From: Utricularia gibba
Taxonomy: Eukaryota > Plantae > Magnoliophyta
Direction: 5' to 3'
Length of the DNA stretch: 64,000 nucleotides
Assembly: GCA_002189035.1 (NCBI GenBank)
Contig: NEEC01000029.1
Coordinates: forward strand, 62,001-126,000
The position numbers and the translations under genes were made by a program. The notes beneath the pieces were generated by a model. The model worked only from the letters and a program-made list of their open reading frames with translations. It made no database searches and was not told the origin of the DNA. Shown here piece after piece: positions 1 to 14,174 of the stretch (position 1 is the first letter of the stretch; each line of letters begins with the position of its first letter).

Positions 1-1
1 A

Positions 2-891
2 CAAGTTATAGAACGATTATTCTATGTTCGACAAGCGAATCAGACTGATGGACTAAAGGAAGCCGTGAAGATACTATCGGATCGGATACACAGGAACACC
101 CAATCCTGCATTCTGCACCTAACAAACAGTCCAACAGCTTGTCACCTTCCAGCCACTGCAATGGCAGAGGATCAGTTCAACATTCATCGGTTTCACCTGG
201 GGTTCAGGTTTGGTGCTTCCAATGGAGTCACAATGCATCAGTTCGAGGGGTTGCTTCGTCGAGTGATGAGTGGAGCCATCCATGACATCCAGCTGAGTTT
301 AAAAAACAGCCCAAGTGTCATCAGGATTCGAGAACTTAGAGGCGGGGAGGAGCAGCGGATTTATATCAGCAGCCAGGAATGCTGGCCATTCCATATATCA
401 TATACTTACCTACTCACTAGAGAAGGAGAAGGGGCGAGATCAGGAGGTGAAGCAATGGTAGGGTTGGAGGAGAATTCGGAGGCTGCCGTCACCACTGGAA
501 TCTCCGGCGAGAAGTGGGAGCACTACGATCCTTTGCTGGCCAGGAGATGGGCCAAACACTTGCATGGACATCGCATTTAGTGATCATGTCTCAGAGTATT
601 TGTTCTGTTAAACTGATAAGAAGGCTTGGGACCTGCTGGCTGAATATAGTACTGTGGCCGGGGTTAATAGCTGTATGAGTTTGAGGTTCCTTATGCAATG
701 ACATAGACACTGCCACTGTTGCAAAGTCCCCTTTCAGCTACACAATTTTTTTCAGACCGCTGAAATTGTTACCCCACAACTACAATCATCCAAAGACAGT
801 GATGACATAGACAATGCCTCTGTTGGCAGCTTATACCGGCAAGATTTTGTGAGAGATTCTCAGGTCTCAAGAACTGAAACTGGGAAGTAGA
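2..891 (+). CDS. Probable 3' part of an unidentified gene running in from the left edge (protein unknown)
   Basis: Frame is open from position 2 to 580 (QVIERLFYVRQANQTDGLKEAVKILSDRIHRN...HQFEGLLRRVMSGAIHDIQLSLK...). A candidate terminal exon follows a ttttttcag acceptor at ~755-891 (TAEIVTPQLQSSKDSDD...TETGK*). No family recognised and the exon structure is unresolved. Confidence 0.35.
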
Positions 892-968
892 ATCAGACCG
901 GTTTTGGTGGATTTCATGGTCCAACTCCAGGTTTGTAAACACTGATTTGAAGCTGTGCAGCCCTCCTC

Positions 969-2144
<1,176 letters not shown>

Positions 2145-2447
2145 TGATTAGATTAGCTGGGAAGCATGCAAGAAGAACTCTGAAATCTTAGCAAGGAGCC
2201 CAGTGGAAAGCAATAAGAATCCATTGAAGGCAAAGCCGCCAATCAATACCGGTTCACTTTCCGAAGCGGTTGAGCACCGGAAACAGCGAGGGTGCGAGTG
2301 AACGTGATGGACATTTTGGGCCGGCTTTGGGCTGTAGGATTTTGACGGAACAGGCCCCGGCAGCCTTAGAAGATCCAATCTATTGCTTTAGAAAACCGCT
2401 CGATTAACCGGTAGTCCATCCATTCTGTGAGCTTCGTCGCATTCTCA

Positions 2448-3567
2448 ATGGCCGAGGTAATTTCGTATTCCCATCCGCCTTTTTTTCCAAAGCTTTGGTC
2501 TAATCTTCTCCTCAGGATTCATGGTTGATCGGTTTTCGCCTGTCGCCGTAAAAAAATTTTTGGAATTCGAAAGTTCTGATTTGAAATTGTTATTGCTGAA
2601 AGTGTTGCTTGTTTGCATGATATCCCGGCATCAGCTGTTCTTTTTCTAGAGTTTCGTGGATGATTATATTGCATATTGGATCGGTTTTGTGTTATTTCTG
2701 GGTCAGTGATTCCGTTCATGTGAACAACGCGTCCGGCAGGATGTGTTCCGGCTCTGTTGGGTTTCATCAATTTTTCATCGAGATGCCATAAAGATCTGAA
2801 TTTTCGTTTCAAAATTTTCGCAGATTGAGCTAAAAACCGCGCCTGCGGATTTTCGTTTTCCCACCACCAACCAAACACGGCACTGTTTCACCCGTTATAT
2901 TGAGTTTCACAGGTTAGTTTTTGTTAGGAACCACTTGATGCATTTTTTTCCTTTTTGGGTCATATGGTTCCTTCATATTTGATCTTTGAGCCTTTCGTGG
3001 TTGTCAAGTTGGCTTAAAATGTACTTGCTAATAAAAAATTGACCATGCTGGCGTCTTTGCTTGTTATCCATCGTTCATTTTCTCATTTGATGAGCATGAT
3101 GTTAGTTGGCTTCTGATGCCAATGTAAGATATATGTCCTGCTAACTGGTTGTTCGCAATGAGTGTGTTCTTGAGCTTTATTCGTTCTTCTATTGTTATTT
3201 GGGGGGTGCTTTGATTTGTTCCCTGTGAAGTTGGTTATCTTTCCAAGAAGCTGCTGGTCTTTGTACATTGCTATGATACAGCCTTGAACATGAACACTAA
3301 ATCTCATCCAACAATCGACTTGACCTTCTCCCCAGATGCATAGCAGCTAAGGGCGAAGAGTCTGGGGAATGCGATAAATTCAGTAGATACTACCGCTCTC
3401 TGTGCCCCGGCGAATGGGTATGGGATACGCACTCGAGTCCCTTTAATTACATTTCTCCGGCATGACATGGTAAAAGCTAACTGCTGTTCTCCCTTCCCAA
3501 CCTTTGCTTGCAGATCGAGAAGTGGAACGAGCAGCGGGAGAACGGGACATTCCCTGGCCCCCTCTGA
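2448..3567 (+). CDS. COX6B: Cytochrome c oxidase subunit 6b
   Basis: Exons 2448-2456, 2824-2912, 3336-3417, 3514-3567 give MAEIELKTAPADFRFPTTNQTRHCFTRYIEFHRCIAAKGEESGECDKFSRYYRSLCPGEWIEKWNEQRENGTFPGPL*, with the twin CX9C/CX10C pattern. Confidence 0.97.
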
Positions 3568-4354
3568 TCCAACACATGAGTAGCGCCACCCCCATTGTGT
3601 TACAATAAGGTGTGCAAAATCTTCCATTGTGGTTTTATCAATCACTTATGCGGGCTGGCTTTCGTTTAAGACAAAAGATGCAGCCTGCGGCTGTGTGTTT
3701 ACATCGCATTGCAGTGCTTAGTTTCGGCACCGCAAATGGTATGAGAGATTGTTATTTGCGCTTGATCCCATCAAGATCACACCATTGAAGTGTGTTTAGA
3801 ACAGTTTCTTGTTTATTACAGCTTTTGTCATGTACTAATCCATATACTGAAGTTGCCTCCCCCAAAGAAGCATCATATCTCTGTCCAAAAACACTTTCAT
3901 AACCCCTACTGTCTGCGATCCAACAACCCAAATGCATGATTGGCTGCTGTCTGGTTACTTGGTTTTTAATGTTTTAGCAGCTTTCAGAGTTTAGTTGGAG
4001 ATCCAGACAGGTCTCTAGTAGCTTTCAGACATAAATAGGACCTGTTTTATAGACTGCTAATGTCTGGAAGTGGGCTGAGGAAAGAATTGGGCCGTGTAAG
4101 CCCAATTTCAGGCCGAATATGGTTTACGAGCATATCCAACAGATTTTTGCTTGTTCCGGTGCAGCGAGACCAGGTTCTGAAAATAGAGGCGCGTGCATAT
4201 TTCGCATTGTCGACCAATCAAATGTATCCATTCGCAATAACCGATGCGTCCGCACCAACACCCACGCCGCACCTGATCACATATCTTGTTTTCTTGAGTT
4301 TTTTAAGAAATCTACAACCCCTAAAAAAAAAAAATCTGTGCTCAGCTTCAGCCG

Positions 4355-4917
4355 ATGAAGAAGCTTTACCGGAAAACCGCCGTCCACTCGACGCCGTCGG
4401 CTGTTTACGACCATGTCCTCACGTTCTTACCGGCGGCGATGCTCGCTTTAGCAGTGGGACTATCGCCGGCGGACAGGGAAGTTTTGGCGTACTTGGTTTC
4501 ATGCTCACCGGTGAGTTCGGGCGGGGGCAGCGCCTCCATGACCATCCTTCGTCTTTCAACTGCAATTGCTTCCGGTGCTACATGAGTTACTGGGCGAAAT
4601 GGGATTCTTCGTCTAATAGTTTACTGATACACGACATTATCGACGCCTATGAGGAGAGTGTGAGTAAGAGAGACAAGGGGAAGAAGGAGAGGCGGCGGAG
4701 GAAGTGCGTGAGAGAAGCGGGGATTGTCCCTCTGGATGTAGAGATTTCAAATGAGAACGATTCTCTGGAGGCCAATCGTGAAACAAGCGGCCTCGAGGCG
4801 GTGGTGGCCGAGAGGGAAGAAGACAAGGTTCCCGATGAGGGAGAATCGGAAAACGGGCCTGTGAGAAAGTTTGTGAGTTTTCTGGGGGCGAGGATCTGGG
4901 ACGGGCTTTGGGGTTAA
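4355..4917 (+). CDS. Conserved plant protein of unknown function (MKKLYRK...REVLAYL...CxCFxCYxSYWxxWD family; resembles Arabidopsis At1g12020/At1g62422 from memory), intronless, one apparent frameshift
   Basis: N-terminus MKKLYRKTAVHSTP...DREVLAYLVS is in the frame starting at 4355. C-terminus HDHPSSFNCNCFRCYMSYWAKWDSSSNSLLIHDIIDAYEE...GARIWDGLWG* is in the -1 frame. One extra G in the G5 run 4523-4527 joins them. Confidence 0.85.
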
Positions 4918-6037
4918 AGACGAGGATGGACCATCGGATTCCCCATTTTTGTAGCAGCAGATAAAAGAACAGGAATTTCCCCCGTCCTGTTCATCATCCC
5001 AAGTGTAAAATTTCAATCTTTCTTCATCTTCTTCTTGTTGAGTGAAACGCTCTTCGTTCATCTTCCTCTTTACTGCAACTCGAACGCAAGCTTTTCCTTT
5101 TCTGCACTTTCCGCTTTTCTCATCACCACAATAAATGATTTCTGTTGCGTGATCCTTCTTGGCTTCTTTATGTCAGTTTTTCCTGAGCCATGGTCGCTTT
5201 GGCCCATACGGGTCAGGTAACCCGAACCCACGAACCCATTTGTATAATTATTTATATTATATTATTTTAACCAAATTATCTATTATAAAAATATTTTTTT
5301 GATCTGTATTAATATTATATTTAACAAATATGATTAAAATTGCTAATAATAGGGTTAAATTAGAAGCAAAATGAATTAATATCCAATTGCAATTCATGGC
5401 ATTAAAAACAAAAGTTATATTTATTAATGAGAAAATTGTATCTTAAATTTTAGTTAGTATAAAGATTTAAATTTCAAATTGAAAAAAAATATTTTAAGTT
5501 GTTAAAATTAGATAATGAAACTTATATGTTTTTCAATATTTTTTAAAAGTGAATCAGTTCATGACATCATGAACCTATTCTGGTTTTAAATCTTACAAAT
5601 TTTTGTATTTAAGCTTTTCACATTCGCATTTGAAATTCTACGAATTAAATGATATTCTATTAGGATTATGTCATATTTGTCTCATATCATATAAAGTAAC
5701 GATAATTATATTATATTTAAATTTCATATGATTTAAAATGATAATGATTATATTGTATCTCATGCATATATCGTGATAATAACATTAAAATCAAAATTGA
5801 TTAGTTTTAATAATATGAAATATTAAATATATAATTTCATAAGTTAGATTATAAACTATTTAAAAAAATTTGAAGAATATATAAGGTAATTTTAAAACTT
5901 AAAATTAAACTTGTTATATTGACTGCAAATTATTATATTGCCGACAAACTCCACCCATTTATTAAGATCTTGGTGTTTAAAAAAGTGAAACTTTTCAAAC
6001 CGTTTGGATCAACATCTCTGAACCGGGTTCGTGCCTA

Positions 6038-9000
6038 CTATTCCAACTGTACATCAAGGCCGGTTCTCGTGGGGGAGGGGGCCTCGCTCATCTTGCTCTG
6101 CGCCGGCGTGCTCCGCCGCGACTGTCGCTTCGTGGGAACCAAGGTGGCGTCACGGCCCTGCTGCTTCCCGTTGTAATAGTCTTCATCGTCATCGTTGTCA
6201 TCTTCGTCGTCGCCGTCGTTCTTGAAAACAGGGTGGACGTAGGCGTAGTGGAGATAGCTTTTCAGGTTTAGATTTGGCTCCCTGGCACGCTCCAGTGTGT
6301 CTCTCATCATCGCTTCCTGGAATACAGAATGAAAAAGTATGATGATTATCAGCACCGATGAAGAAGCCGCCGGAATTTGATCCAAACCTGTAGAGGGTAT
6401 TTAACGAAGGCAGGCTCGTAGCGGCCCTTGCAGAAGTAATGGAAGAAGATGGTGAGCACCGGCAGGACTAGGAGGGCAGGCGTGGAAGCTGCAGCTCCTT
6501 TGGTGCTCATTAAACCCAGCAGCACCACCTGGGAGAAGATCAGAGCGAAGATTATACGGCCGTGGACATCCGGCCAAAATGCAGCTGCGCTTTCGTATTC
6601 TTGGTTGTAGACGTTGATGATCTGCAGGAAGAAGGAACGATCATCAGCTGAACTTATGGATGGCTTCAGCTGCACATCTTGCAGGAAGAGAAGGAGACGA
6701 ACCTGATGGCGATAAACCATGTAAGCAAAAGCGAAGAAGACGAGAATGAAGGGGAGGAAAATTGGTGTGACCACCGCATAGACAAGCCCAAGCAGGAAAT
6801 ACAGCTGAATCTGCGGTTCGCCGGTGTTAAACCCGATGCTGCCGGGATCCATGGCTGCCTCCCTGTCTTTTTCAGTCTTCACCAGGAAGAAGTTTTTCAG
6901 ATGGAAGATTACCAGAGGGACCAGTCTCAAGACTTCTGCAGCAACGCCAGCCCATCCGTCCACCATTACATAAGTGATAAAGAAGGTTGCCCGCATAGGG
7001 ATCGCACCTCCAATAGTTCTTGGTATCCTGAGATCATAGAAAGCAGCAGTTAAACATACAGAAACTATGCAAAGGCAGTGTAAGGGTGAGAGCATATGAA
7101 GTTGAAGGGGCGCACTCATTCGCAGATTGATTCATAAAAGCTTTGAGCTGATCAAGTGCCGTCCCGGCGATTATGCTCACAAGAAAGACGTTAATGAAGT
7201 TGAATATGTAATATTTAGTTGCAGATCGCCTAGCCAAAGTTGACAGGGACAGAAAACCCTCAAACTTTGACATGAACATCAGTATGGTAGGCAGCACTAT
7301 GAGGAAGATCTTCAAGGCAATTCCAGGCAGTACACCCTGAATCAGTGACTTGATAAAATCACTGCATGGACATTTTGGAATCAGAAATTCCCTGGAAGTG
7401 AATAACTTTGAGCTACCAAATAAGAAAAAAAAACTTACGCTTCAATGAGTGGTCTGAGGAATGGAGCTGCCTTTTCAATGCCTTCAATATTTGCCAGCGA
7501 TTGGACAAAAGCAATCGGAATCATGAAGAAGAAAGTGAGGAAGAAGAAAATAACGGAAACAATGAGCCTCCTTATTGATAATGAAAAGTATGGAATTGCC
7601 AAGTTAGGCCAGTATACATCCCGTGGTTCAGGAGCCCACTCTGTTAACCACAATGTGGGATTCCTAGATTGCTGAGTTTGTGCACAGACAGCAGCACCCC
7701 ATCGGCTTTTGAACGAGACAAATGCCGCCGGCATTATACAAGAAGGATCAGTCTTTACCCTCTCCCTCTCCTCTTCAATCTACAGGATGAAACTGTAAGA
7801 GATGCATACTGATATTCAAAAGATGCATAGTTACAACCTATGATACTCACTTCCTTTGAAAGTCTGTCAATTTCAGCAGTATAATGATCGATTGCATCAA
7901 CTTTCTTTCCAGTAAGCCCAAGAAAACCAGTCTGAAAGTTTAGTAAAACAGGATGAACTTCATAACCTCTTTAACCATAGATGTGTATCATTTGACAACT
8001 TGAATAGCAAAAACAGTGATAATGTGTGCAAAAATAAGCAGGTAGTCATGGCACCTTTGTCACAGGTCGACTCTCAGGCTTCCTTTGATATTTTAACTGG
8101 AAAAAATCGAGCCAATTCTGTTTACTCTTCTTCTCCTGGACCAGATCAGCTAGCTTATTGGCATTGATTACAACCTGCATGATCATCTGATTAATAGCTT
8201 GCAGACATACGCGAAATTGAAGTGTATGGCTTTTGTGCATTCACTGATTATTTCCTTCTTAAAGGACTGCCTGGAGAGATGCATTATATGGTGAACACAT
8301 AAAAACAGGAATTCTAAATCATTAATACACCATAGGCTAATCTCAGTGCTCAACAATGAAGCCATGCGCAAACTTTGCGGCACTCAACATTCCATGGCAT
8401 GTAATCATTCAGAGAAGAAATCAGAAGTACCAAAATAAAAGGTGCATCATCATAGCAAAATAAGTTGTATATTTCTTCTTGATTGTCAGACTATAATTTT
8501 GTGAAAATGACCTGATGAGTTAAATAATGATCTGGATGGTTGACTAAGAAAAAGTGTTGCACACTTTCCGTCACTGTTTCATCTGCATCTGGAGGGATAT
8601 TTTTGACAAGGACCTGAAAAAAAGAAGTTTGAGCAAAACAAGGAATCGAGAGGTAGGCACTCAAACTAGAGTGTGCATTGAGGCGCAGTGCATGAAGTGA
8701 ACATTACACTTGGGTTACATATTGCTTGTCAGTGAATATTACCGTGAACTGATCAGGGCGTCGTTTTTCTGATGCAAGAAAGTGTAGGCGCATTGCTGCA
8801 ACAGTTTCATATTCCTTCATCAATGCATAACATACCCAAAAGGTAAAAGCATAAGCCATTACAATATGAGTCCAAAACCTGCACACAGAAGTTTGGAAGC
8901 ATCAGCAAATTTCAGGAAGCAAAATTAAAATAATGCAGCCTACAAAAGATTAATAAGACTACTCAAAGGAGGAAAGAGGAAATAACCAAGTAACCAGGAT

Positions 9001-9638
9001 TACAATTTTACCGTTGTGAGCCATGTGGAAGGTTTGAAATAGAGAGCTTATCGATATTACTGTACTCTATCCTTCCAGCTCCTTGAGACGTTTCCAAGGT
9101 GTTGTTTGTCCAGTTGACAGGCACTAGAATGGCCCAAGCCAGCAACGTCATGGGAACAAAGATTTTCAGTCTGCAGCATCAATAATTTGCTCAGAAAACA
9201 TAGAAATACCGATTTTTTCCATGTTTTGCTTGAAGCATCAAAATTATGCCAATGCTAATACATGATAGCCAAGAAATAAGACCTATAAAAGTGTGAAATC
9301 ATACTCTGTACTAAAATAGCTTACCCCAGTAAGTAAATTCGTAAATACACAGCTGAGTCCAATCCCGCATGATCAATGAGCTCTGGCTCAGGCATCTTGA
9401 GTGCCTCAGGAACCCAATTAAGAAATCTAATGTATGATTTCCAATCTAGATTGACAAATTTCCGCACAAATGCACCCGAGCTTGAGGGACTGCCCCTTAA
9501 ACCTTTGAGGTACCATTTAGGGAAATACACTCTATCATTGAAGGGTTGAAGTCTTAGGATGGCAAATGCTATGAGGAAAACAAGTGCACTGAGGATGTTA
9601 ACTCCTGCAGCAAGCCCTATATCTCCAAAAGTTGCCAT
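6038..9638 (-). CDS. OSCA1: OSCA1/CSC1 (ERD4/DUF221) calcium-permeable mechano/osmosensitive channel, multi-exon
   Basis: MATFGDIGLAAGVNILSAL...QPFNDRVYFPKWYLKG, FWTHIVMAYAFTFW, RRPDQFTVLVKNIPPD, TEWAPEPRDVYWPNL, PGSIGFNTGEPQIQLYFLLG, YNQEYESAAAFWPDVHGR, CKGRYEPAFVKYPLQEAMMRDTLERAREP. The exons I checked join in frame with GT-AG introns. Confidence 0.96.
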
Positions 9639-10944
9639 CAGGAACCACTTTTCAAATGATTAAACTTCCTACAGGAAAACAGAACAATGTTACAGAAAGC
9701 GCACATATTCCATACAAAGAGCGAATCTTATTACAGCCAAACTTGACCCACCGACGAACAATTATACTACTTTGAGTCACTGGCGTAGTAGATCGTAAGG
9801 TGTTGCAGCAAGAAAACCACTCCCTTCTGTTGATTATGGGAAAAAAGACATACGTAAAAGCAAGTCTCAAAACTACAGAACCCACAAAGCTCTTCAATGC
9901 GGTTCCACGGTTCAGCGGAACAAGAGATCAAACACCCAAAATGAAGTGATCTAGAAAAACAGAGAAATTGCAAAATCAGCAAGATCCAACTAACGTCTAG
10001 TGCTCGCCTCAAAATATCAAGAAAATCGATAGCTAACCACAAGAAAGTGATACCCAGTAAAGACAACGCACACAGAAACAGAGGATAAGGGAAAAGATGC
10101 CCGTCCCACCAACACAGAACAAAGAAGAAAGATACAAATTTTTATCGGTGGGGGTCGCTCGCCTCCACAGTGCCTATCAAGACCTCAAAAGCGCCATTTC
10201 ACCAACCCCCACACACACATTACAGCCGTAAACCCCACTCACGCGTCAAAGTGTGAACCTTTCTTTCACCGACGACACTCTGGTGGCTGGATAAACATAA
10301 ATTCAACGACGGCGAGGGTCACTGAGCATTCAGATTAAGACAACAGGGTTGGGCTCCATCCGCTTTCCCATGAATCGACAAAGCAAGGAGTGAAGTTGAT
10401 GAAACGAATCTCAAGTCAAAGATGGAAAATGAAGAATTGCCGATTTTGCGTGATGTGTGATAAAAGCAACCCGAAACGTGACAAAGAAACAGCTACTCAA
10501 TTTATTACCGTTACATCGTGGCTGTACGGTTATCCAACGGCGGTAACGCCACGCGCTAACGGCTAATAAGACAACGTGGACATGTCCTATTTTTTAATCG
10601 TTAAATTTTATTTCAAATTTTAAAGCCCGTTGATGTCGTATTTTTTTTATTTTTAAAGATAAAATATTTAAATACACCTAATTATAATTATTAAAATGAT
10701 ACATAATCTAGATATACTAACTTAGTTATTATATGTATTAATTACATAATTAGCCATCATCCAAAGCAAGTCGTCCTCTGACATAGGAATAATTAATATA
10801 ACAATAAGTCACGTATTAAATGACTAAAACGCCCCAGGTCTCCCTAGACTTGTTTTTTTAAAACTACATAGCATAATTGTTTTTACATTATTCATAAATA
10901 TAATAATAAAAATTCGTTAATTATGATAAATTGATGAGAGGAAA

Positions 10945-13900
10945 TCAGACGGAAATTGGGAATACAGATACCGGAACCCTAACGATGTGATTCAAGCTGC
11001 CCGTTAGCACGATTTCCCCAAATTGAAAATCGTCTCCTGATTCTGTAACCCTAACATGGATGCGTAAGGTTTGCATTTGCTCGGGGGGTAGAGTAAACCA
11101 CACCGGATCGATGCTCACATCGACTCCTTTCGGGGAATAACTCCGGCAATGTAAGTTTCGGGCTTGCCGGCAACGTTTTTTATTACTCTATGTGTGGTTG
11201 CGGTCCCAGAAAGCGCGGTTATTGTCAGCGAAGGCAAGTTCAAGTCGAAGGAGTTGATGAAATGGGAGGAGGAGTTGATGCAGGAGCGTCCGGTGGCGAT
11301 TCTGACTTCATCCGGGCTTGTGTTAGGAAGTGAGCATAAGAAGGAGATGTAGTCTTCGAATTCTGATTCCAAGAGAAGATTTGGTGAACGATTTGAATCT
11401 CAAGCCTGCGCTTTTTGATCCATGGGTAGGAGAAGTACCTGCTGGAAAGACTAGTCCTGGATCCAAGGCTCTGGTAGGATCAACGAGACCTGCACCGAAA
11501 CCGAAGGGAGCAGCCGGGTGCACATTTTGGGGATCAAATCCTTGAGCGGTTATGAGTTCTCCATGGTTGTCGAACTTGGAAGCTGTTGTTGACATGGCTG
11601 ATCCGATAATTGATGAACTCCAGGAGGGGTGCTTTTGTTTGATCGTGGCAGCAATTCCTGCGATATGTGGAGCTGCCATGCTTGTTCCAGACATCAGCGC
11701 GAAATTGTTTCCTGGAAAACGAAGTTACTTTCTTATGAAATGTTTCCCAAACATTTGACCTCTCCGAGTTGAATTGATACCTGAGAGTATCCTCTCATTG
11801 ACACTCATGGGACTCCAAGCAGCCCAAATTTGGTGGCCTGGAGCCAAAATATCAGGCTTCAGTACATCTGCAGGGGTTCTGTTCTGGTTACTGTAATCAG
11901 GGCCTCTGGAAGAGAATCTGCTAACAACAGGTGCTCTGTTCCAATATGAGGCAACTCTGCCCTCACCAATGGCTGCACTACCACAGAATGTTACAGCCTT
12001 CCCTGTACTGTCTCTCTCTGTGTACTCTTCGTAGTATTTCAATATGATCTGCAAAATGAAGAAGCAGGCATAAGCAGGGACTGCTTGGTGCAACTTGCAT
12101 TTCTTGAGTTTAAATACTAATTACCATTGCATCACTGGTTCTTGGGATCAAAATCCCAGGAATAGAAAAGGGGACAGGTTCTGCAATAAAGTCTCCATAT
12201 CGAGGATTGGCAACCAGGACAAAACCTGCGAATCCAAGGCTCTTTGCTGTCTGAACAAGTGTTGTAAGGTTGGATGTTCCATTGTAGAAGCCAGCTGAGA
12301 AACTGCAAATGACCACACTTCCTATAACAACAGAAGGGTCTGGTGTTTCTGAAGATTGGCATTCTTCAATGTGATGTTCCCTCCCTCGGATGTTCCATTT
12401 GCTCTCACTGCATCCTTAGCCAGCACCAGCTTCTTCTTTAACAATCCTCCCCCAAAACTTGGACCTGAATCAATCCATAGTTGAGATTCATTCTAAGCCA
12501 GGATAAGAAAAGGTATTACCTGACAAGCCGACTCCATCAACCTTCTGGCCATTCCCGAGGATAAGAGTGCCAGGATAACTCCTATCTGTGCTACAAGATG
12601 CAACACTAAATGACCAGGGACTGTAAGAGACTACAGAATAAGGACCCGGTCCTTTGTTTCCAGCAGCTTGAGCTATGAAAACTCCAGCCCGGCGTGCGGA
12701 CAACATGAATATGTCGAAGAAGCTGAGAAATGTGGCCGTGTCCTCTGGCGGTTCATCAGGTCCTATGGAGAGAGTTAAGATGTCCACCCCATCTAAGGCT
12801 GCCTGCATACCAGCAGATCATGTTATGTAACAAATCCTTCTATATTCTTTAGTGGTTGCTTGGATGGATGCTCACTTGCTCTATTGCTGCTAGCACATCT
12901 GCTACAGTCCCAACTGTTGGATATATAGCTTTGTATACAGCAATTCTGTCGAACATATACAGAGAGCTGATGCCCAATTGCTTGGGTACATGCAAATAAG
13001 CAAATTTAAACAATGAAGTTTGCTCTTTGAACCTTGCACGAGGTGCCATTCCGCTAGCACGGCCGTAGAAGAAATTGTCCACCACCACCGGAACCCCATA
13101 GTTCCCGGCGGCTATAGATGCGACATGACTGCAAATAATCGAATGATGAAAAATTGCATGAGAATAAGCACCGGTTTTGAAGTATGCACCTTCCATGTCC
13201 GACGGCGTCAAACGGTGACAAAATATCCACCGTCGGGTCAAGGGCTGCCACGGCTTCAGCTCCCATCGAGAAAAACCGTGCAGACACGATCTTCCCATTG
13301 CAAGAAGATGATGGAAACAGTGGGCCCTCCTCGCAGGCTCCAGAAAAGTGAGAAACATCTGAAGTAAACGGATCAAGGGGATCATGAGCAAAGCTGGGAT
13401 TGGCAGGGTTTATTCCAGAATCCACCACTCCGATCACGACCCCTTCCCCGGCATCCCTGTCGCCTCCCTTCTCCGCCCAGACGGCCGGCAGGCCCAGGAA
13501 TTCCGGTGTGTGACTCGTCATTGACTTCACTCCTCTATCCTTCTCCACCACCCTCACTCCAAGGCGCGCCTTCATCTTGCTAGCCTACGGAGTAAAAATT
13601 TCTTATAACACGTCCGTCCAAAACGGAGTAAAAGTCGAACCTGAGATGGGGTAGTGTGGACGGCGAAGCCATTGACGATGTGCTTGAAGTCATAGACCTT
13701 GCTGTAGGTTCCCGCCGCCAGACTCTCCTCCAGGAACCTGTCGTGCGATTCCACCAACTCGCTCCGGTAAGCCGCAGCAGCATCCCTGCAGGGGAAAGGA
13801 GTTTTTCGTAATTATGTTATATTAATTTTGATAAATTGTTTTATTTCTATAATAATGAGAATAAAAGCAACAATCAAACTCAATGTTTACAACTTACTTT

Positions 13901-14174
13901 TGTATAATAAAATTACTTTTAAACCCTAATAATAATTCTTTTTGCAAAAAGTGAGCAGCGCCGTCTTAAATTATAATGGACAAAAACATATATATTCGGG
14001 TCTCATGCACTCGCTTCCTTAACGTCAGCAGCACCTGCCGCCGTGGCGTGGACGAAACGCGGCGGGCTCGCCGCCGTCCATCAGGACCAGGTAGATCCCC
14101 CGTTGCTCCGCGAAGCAACGGAGGAGCGCGGCGTAGAAGAGCAGCAGCAGCAGCACGACGCGGTGGTTCATCAT
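10945..14174 (-). CDS. ALE1: Subtilisin-like serine protease, SBT2.4/ALE1-like, with two apparent 1-nt frameshifts
   Basis: Signal peptide MMNHRVVLLLLLFYAALL, I9 prodomain (YDFKHIVNGFAVH), catalytic D (VIGVVDSG), H (DAVGHGSHVASIAAG), S (MSGTSMAAPH), and C-terminal FGEIVLTGSLNHIVRVPVSV typical of the SBT2.4 clade. Frame breaks at ~12378-12390 and 11132-11135. Confidence 0.9.

Noticed and set aside
4060-4354. 5' part of the 285-aa ORF 4060-4917
   Set aside because: It runs through promoter and poly-A leader sequence; only the part after the frameshift matches the conserved family.
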